DNA of 63,736 bases, filler included, from Phoronis australis (taxonomy: Eukaryota; Animalia; Phoronida), in the NCBI GenBank assembly GCA_002633005.1. It is 10 parts of 10 records of this genome, joined end to end, with 100 filler letters (N's around TTAATTAATTAA, not from the genome) between each part and the next. Parts side by side here need not be neighbours in the genome. Positions count along the whole stretch, not along the records: positions 58,228 to 61,364 come from NMRA01003199.1; positions 61,465 to 63,736 come from NMRA01003760.1; 8 more parts are not named here. One strand, given 5' to 3'. The stretch's first letter is position 1. Each line of letters begins with the position of its first letter. Both the position numbers and the translations under genes were made by a program. The notes under the pieces were generated by a model. That model had not been told where the DNA came from, did not search any database, and saw nothing but the letters and a program-made list of their open reading frames with translations. Of the stretch, positions 58,228 to 63,736 are shown piece after piece.

Positions 58228-61175
58228 TTGTGTGTAAGCGCGTGTTTCTCAGTAAAAAAATTAAATTTTGAACGTTTCCTGCGACGTTGTTTTGAAGTCA
58301 TGGCGACTCAGCGAGATTGACGTAAACTTTCGGTCAACGGAGTTTTAGATTTGATGGACACCATCGATGAATTTGAGTCGGATAGTGACTCTGATGACGA
58401 AGACAGTATTCCACTTGCTCGTCTTGCCCGAAGAGAAGATTCGGATGCTGAAATCAACGTTGAGGACGACTTCTCTTTGGATGACGCCGATTTCGATAAC
58501 GCTCCGGAAGTCATGGTGGACAATAATTTCTTGGACACTGTGAATGCTCCTCTTGGTGACCAGTGGACATCGGATATAAACGACAGAGGTAACGTTAATG
58601 TTCGTTTTAAAGGCTCACCTGGACTTGCCAGAGAGACTATTGATGCGTTGGGTGGGGAGGACTCCCTGCAGTCGGCGTCTCCCCCGAGTCTCTTTGGCCT
58701 GTTTTTCACCTCCCACCTGTTACGTGGTAGAACAGACAAACTTGTATGCCAGGCAAGAGAGACAGAAAAACCCTGGTAAACACAAGGGCAAATGGACTGC
58801 TTTATCCGTCACAGAATTGAAATCGTGGTTGGGACTTTTCATATCGATGGGACTTACAAAAAAAGCTAAACTTGAAGGACTACTGGACAACAAATTGGCT
58901 TACGGAGACACCAGGGATTCGCGCAGTGATGTCACGTGACAGGCTTTTGGCGATATTACGGTATATACATTTCCAGAACAATGAGACTGCGGTAACGAAC
59001 AAGGACAATCCTTTGTACGACAAACTGTATAAAGTGAGACCAGTCTTGGATAGTATTGTTTCGAAGGTGAGAACTGTGTATGCTGCCGAAAGAGAAATAT
59101 CTATTGATGAGTCAATGATTGCATGTAAATCTCGCTTCGNNNNNNNNNNNNNNNNNNNNNNNNNNNNNNNNNNNNNNNNNNNNNNNNNNNNNNNNNNNNN
59201 NNNNNNNNNNNNNNNNNNNNNNNNNNNNNNNNNNNNNNNNNNNNNNNNNNNNNNNNNNNNNNNNNNNNNNNNNNNNNNNNNNNNNNNNNNNNNNNNNNNN
59301 NNNNNNNNNNNNNNNNNNNNNNNNNNNNNNNNNNNNNNNNNNNNNNNNNNNNNNNNNNNNNNNNNNNNNNNNNNNNNNNNNNNNNNNNNNNNNNNNNNNN
59401 NNNNNNNNNNNNNNNNNNNNNNNNNNNNNNNNNNNNNNNNNNNNNNNNNNNNNNNNNNNNNNNNNNNNNNNNNNNNNNNNNNNNNNNNNNNNNNNNNNNN
59501 NNNNNNNNNNNNNNNNNNNNNNNNNNNNNNNNNNNNNNNNNNNNNNNNNNNNNNNNNNNNNNNNNNNNNNNNNNNNNNNNNNNNNNNNNNNNNNNNNNNN
59601 NNNNNNNNNNNNNNNNNNNNNNNNNNNNNNNNNNNNNNNNNNNNNNNNNNNNNNNNNNNNNNNNNNNNNNNNNNNNNNNNNNNNNNNNNNNNNNNNNNNN
59701 NNNNNNNNNNNNNNNNNNNNNNNNNNNNNNNNNNNNNNNNNNNNNNNNNNNNNNNNNNNNNNNNNNNNNNNNNNNNNNNNNNNNNNNNNNNNNNNNNNNN
59801 NNNNNNNNNNNNNNNNNNNNNNNNNNNNNNNNNNNNNNNNNNNNNNNNNNNNNNNNNNNNNNNNNNNNNNNNNNNNNNNNNNNNNNNNNNNNNNNNNNNN
59901 NNNNNNNNNNNNNNNNNNNNNNNNNNNNNNNNNNNNNNTCAACGTAATTGTAACGCGTACTCTGTAACTTTAATTAGCGTTGCCTCTAGTAGTTTGACGT
60001 TGTCCGAATAAGAATATATGCAATGTTTAACGTTAGTATTGTAACTTTGTAAACGACCAACGTATTGTTCAATTGTCTCATAGAACGTTTTTTGTATGTT
60101 ACAGTTGAACCGAGTAACTATAAGAAAGAAACGAATAAAGTTTGTCAACGCAACTTATGCTCGAGTTCTCCATGTGGCTTTAACGTTTTTCGCGACCACA
60201 CGGCTTATGAGAGGTCTCGTGTGGTATCTGAAGCTATTTTGGTTCTTAATTGACATCGCGCGTGTGAATTCATTTCTATTACACCGAAAGTTGACTGGTG
60301 CAAACACTAAAATGAAGGACTTTACCCTGCAATTGTGTGAAGAGCTTATTGATGGCAATATGGCCAAGCATGTTGTGCGCCCCTCTACGCTTGGAGATTG
60401 TACTCGTCTGAATCGTAACTTAAACCATGCTCCTGAGATGGCGGTAGACAAAAAAGATCAGCTTGTGTTGTACATCGTCAACGTGTTGACACCATGTATT
60501 TTTGTTCGGTGAACCGAGTGCGCATGTGCCCGTCTCCGTGCTTTGGCAGGTATCACTACCTACATGACTATGCCTACGACGACCCCGAGCACCCAGACAC
60601 TCCGAAACAAAGAAAGAAACCAAAGAATTAAAAACTAGTACCATAGGTCTTTATTGAAGATAATAAACTGTGAGTGACTGTAAATATGTGTCTATACTAA
60701 GTGGATTGTGTTTATGTGCTGTGAAACTTATTTTCAATATGTGGCTGAAGCAGGTATGTTATGTAAAATTGTTGCTATTTTAATAATATTCAAGGTATTG
60801 ATGTGAAATTTTCAGCAGTTTTGTATGTTAGATTTATTTTCCAGATCTGAAATTTAAGGAATATTTCATTTGTAAGAATTTTATTTATGAGTTTTCAAAT
60901 TTCATGTTAAAAAAAATTATACATTAACTCAAACTTTTCTGCTTTCTTCACACGTCTATAAATTTGCTGATATGCTTTTAAATCATACTCTGAAAAGCTA
61001 AACGCATAGAAAATTTAATGCACTTTTAAATAATGTATATATTGTATGTGTTAACTTGAGAAATATAGCCACTGTTGTTTTATTCCTGAACTCAGTGTTG
61101 TTGTTATTGCTAGCTCTGAAATGAGGTCAGGCCACTGGGTACTGAACTGGTGAAAGTAGGTCAGGCTCTGTAGGG
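58228..61175 (+). mobile_element. piggyBac transposon with a frameshifted PGBD4-like transposase; middle and left end are in gaps
   Basis: Acidic N-terminus, VVEQTNLYA, ELKSWLGLFISMG, DYW, VMSRDR..ILRYIHF, DKLYKVRPVL, ISIDESMI; after the gap WYLKLFWFLIDIARVNSF and a Cys-rich tail (CPSPCFGRYH). Right terminus ...GTAGGG|TTAA. Confidence 0.9.
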
Positions 61176-61752
61176 TTAAGCAACACTAAACTGGTGTTAA
61201 CACATATAAGAAAATTGATGATTTTTAAATAAAAATTATGAGGAGTAAGATAAACAAGTTCCAATATTCACTTAACATAGAAGTATGAAAGAGTTCGTGG
61301 AGACAGTTTGAGATTCATAGATCCTTATAATTGAAAAAATGTTCATTGAAATTATAGACACATGNNNNNNNNNNNNNNNNNNNNNNNNNNNNNNNNNNNN
61401 NNNNNNNNTTAATTAATTAANNNNNNNNNNNNNNNNNNNNNNNNNNNNNNNNNNNNNNNNNNNNTAGTAAGTATCGGACAGACCTAAATATTGGACGGAC
61501 CTAAATATCGGATGTTGTATAGAATTTTACCTGAAGCAAACTCTGAGATAGCAATTGATTGGATTTCCAAGATTTGAGAACCTGCTTGGAACATTGTAGT
61601 CATTGTAATAGTCTGGTGTAACAGAATGGCACGACCTGTCATTCGTAACTCATTATGTTGCACATATAGCCATAATAGCGGGTGTGCGCTGATCGACATT
61701 CTGATTTGATAATAATGCTACTTTTTAGATCAGGTAAAAAATAAACATGTTT

Positions 61753-62397
61753 CAGGGCTTGGAATTTTCTGCAGAAACGCGGATTTCCGCTTTTTTCAAA
61801 TGTGCTTTCCGCTTTTTTTATAATATTTCCGCGTAAAAAAATCGTATTTGATATAAAATTTCCGCGGCAAATTCCTTTCTTACCGCGGCGTTGCAGACGA
61901 CGTTCACCTCAAAAAGCGGAAGTTGCTCTTTATGTTCGGAGGAACGTAAATTGTCAACATTGCCGGGGCATCTGAGATAGCGTGGTGTGATTTTCAATGG
62001 TGTCTCGTGTTATTGTTAAGCGTGGCGACAAATACTACCGCTCTGCAGCCAAAAATGTGTGGGTTGGGAGTAGACAGGCGAGCTAAAAGGACGCAGACGC
62101 ATGCTACATAAATTGTCAACATTGCTGGGGCATCTGGGATAGCGTGGTGTGATTTTCAATGGCGTCTCGTGTTATTGTTAAGCGTGGCGACAAATACTAC
62201 CGCTCTGCAGCCAAAAATGTGTGGGTTGGGAGTAGACGGGCGAGCTAAAAGGACGCAGACGCATGCTACTGATGGTGGTAACGTTTTTTTTTTAGTCCTC
62301 CCGATTGACCAGTTCTAGGCTGGTTATCGGGCGATGATTTGGGCCGTAAAAGTTCCAAAGTTTCTGCGTTTTTTGTCATTGGTCATTCCAAGCCCTG
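61753..62397. mobile_element. hAT-like MITE with an internal 162-bp tandem duplication (61947-62269)
   Basis: TIR CAGGGCTTGGAA / TTCCAAGCCCTG. Confidence 0.65.
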
Positions 62398-63193
62398 ATT
62401 TTAGCATTACGAGTGGCCATTTTAAAAAATCGAGATAAGCTGTGTGTGGCATAGGTGTAGTCATAAGGTGATGTCTGACAATGTAGTCAGCAACTCAATG
62501 ACATTGACGTCGAACAATGTTGACACAACATTGCCAATGAGAGCGATGCCGCTGCCAGTGACTACAACGCCGCCAACACTGAATATAACGATGATGCCGG
62601 TGAGCCGACAGGAATGTCAGTGCCGAACGTGGCTTTGATGGTGTTAGTACCGCAGCTAACACTGCCAAGGACAAAATTCACAGCTAACAGGTGAAGGACT
62701 AGGACATCACTGACAAGCTAAATAGACTATCCAATGCCCGCAGCGACATCGCTGTAGCTGACATTTGATAACCAAACCACTGATGACATGACGCTGAACC
62801 CAGAGAGCACAGTCGCAAAAGTAATCCCTGTCTTTGCAAACTACAACTCCCCCAATGCCAAAAACACCACTGAGAATTTGCATTGATATATTGGCAATTC
62901 TGGCGATGACCATAATAAAGTTGAAAAAATTCGCTGTACATTTATGTGGATCGTTCGTGTGAACAACGTGATGGTATAGTACACATGTTGTTCTTGAACC
63001 CTGAGATGTATGATTGTGCTGGAGCCTGAGAAACTTACCACCAGTGTCGGCTCCCAGTAATACGAGAACAGGAAGTAGAAGGGAGAAACTGATGGAACAC
63101 CCCAGATAGCCCTTGAGATGTATCTACATACCAAATATCAAAAAAATGATAATGCCCTTTTAAGTTAAAAAAGTTTTAACCTTTGTGTTTCAG

Positions 63194-63400
63194 ATCACCG
63201 ACGACCACTGGTACATCAGTACTCGGTATCACTTTCAATGGTGGAGTAATCATCGCAGCCGACATGCTAGGCTCTTATGGATCCATGGCCCGCTTCAGAG
63301 ATTGTCCTCGTGTGATGAAGGTTAATGAAACTACAGTGATGGGCGCAAGTGGTGACTACGCCGACTACCAGTTCCTGAAGTCGATCATCAATCAGAGAGT
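63194..63400 (+). CDS. PSMB4: Proteasome subunit beta type-4 (beta7), internal exon
   Basis: tttcag...gtacgc, 207 nt, phase 2/2. [34 protein letters not shown]...[14 protein letters not shown]. Confidence 0.95.
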
Positions 63401-63719
63401 GTACGCACCTCCAAATCTGTTTATTTTCTTTTGTATCGCTAGTTTTATATATAGTTTATAAACTTCCATAGTGTTAAAAGAAGACTAAACCCATTTTGGC
63501 CTATTGACCAACAATGACTTCCCATCTTTCTCCCATACAAAGTAATGGTCTGTAACCTCCGTCAGCCATGTTTGAAAAGTTCTTAGAAAGTCGGTTAATT
63601 TGACAAGCATGGCTAAAGGTTTATGTGAGCTATATGGAAACTGTAGGAAGTGCATTAAAAATCACCGAACCTAGGACCTACGTTATGAGAATGACTCACT
63701 TGCCTTATGTTTACTGCAG

Positions 63720-63736
63720 TATCGATGATGAGCTGA
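63720..63736 (+). CDS. PSMB4: PSMB4 next exon, truncated by the window end
   Basis: ctgcag acceptor; joins in phase to give V-IDDEL, matching PSMB4 VIDEELL. Confidence 0.85.

Overview
Draft-assembly scaffold from an animal, probably an invertebrate: AT-rich, with GT-AG introns and many N-gaps carrying an artificial TTAATTAATTAA linker. It is not prokaryotic, and most ORFs in the supplied track are spurious. Host genes read by hand: (1) an intronless single-pass receptor with three ADGRV1-type Calx-beta repeats (minus, 12222-14012); (2) a complete six-exon ELOVL4-like fatty-acid elongase (minus, 20080-25272, 273 aa, HVFHH motif); (3) the last two exons of a receptor-type protein tyrosine phosphatase D2 domain (minus, 31990-32873); (4) two internal exons of proteasome subunit PSMB4 running off the right edge; (5) a few orphan exons. 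The rest is mostly decayed transposons: a Penelope retroelement with an 8-bp TSD, a minimal hammerhead-like motif and nested Kolobok-type elements; further THAP/KolX Kolobok derivatives; a Tc1/mariner (maT-like) copy; a piggyBac; a Copia end with its LTR; LINE tails; MITEs with 5-bp TSDs; tRNA-derived heads; minisatellites; and a ~1.9 kb multi-hairpin palindrome enclosing a Pol III-like cassette. No CRISPR array, rRNA or intact tRNA was seen. All family assignments come from motif recognition, not database searches.
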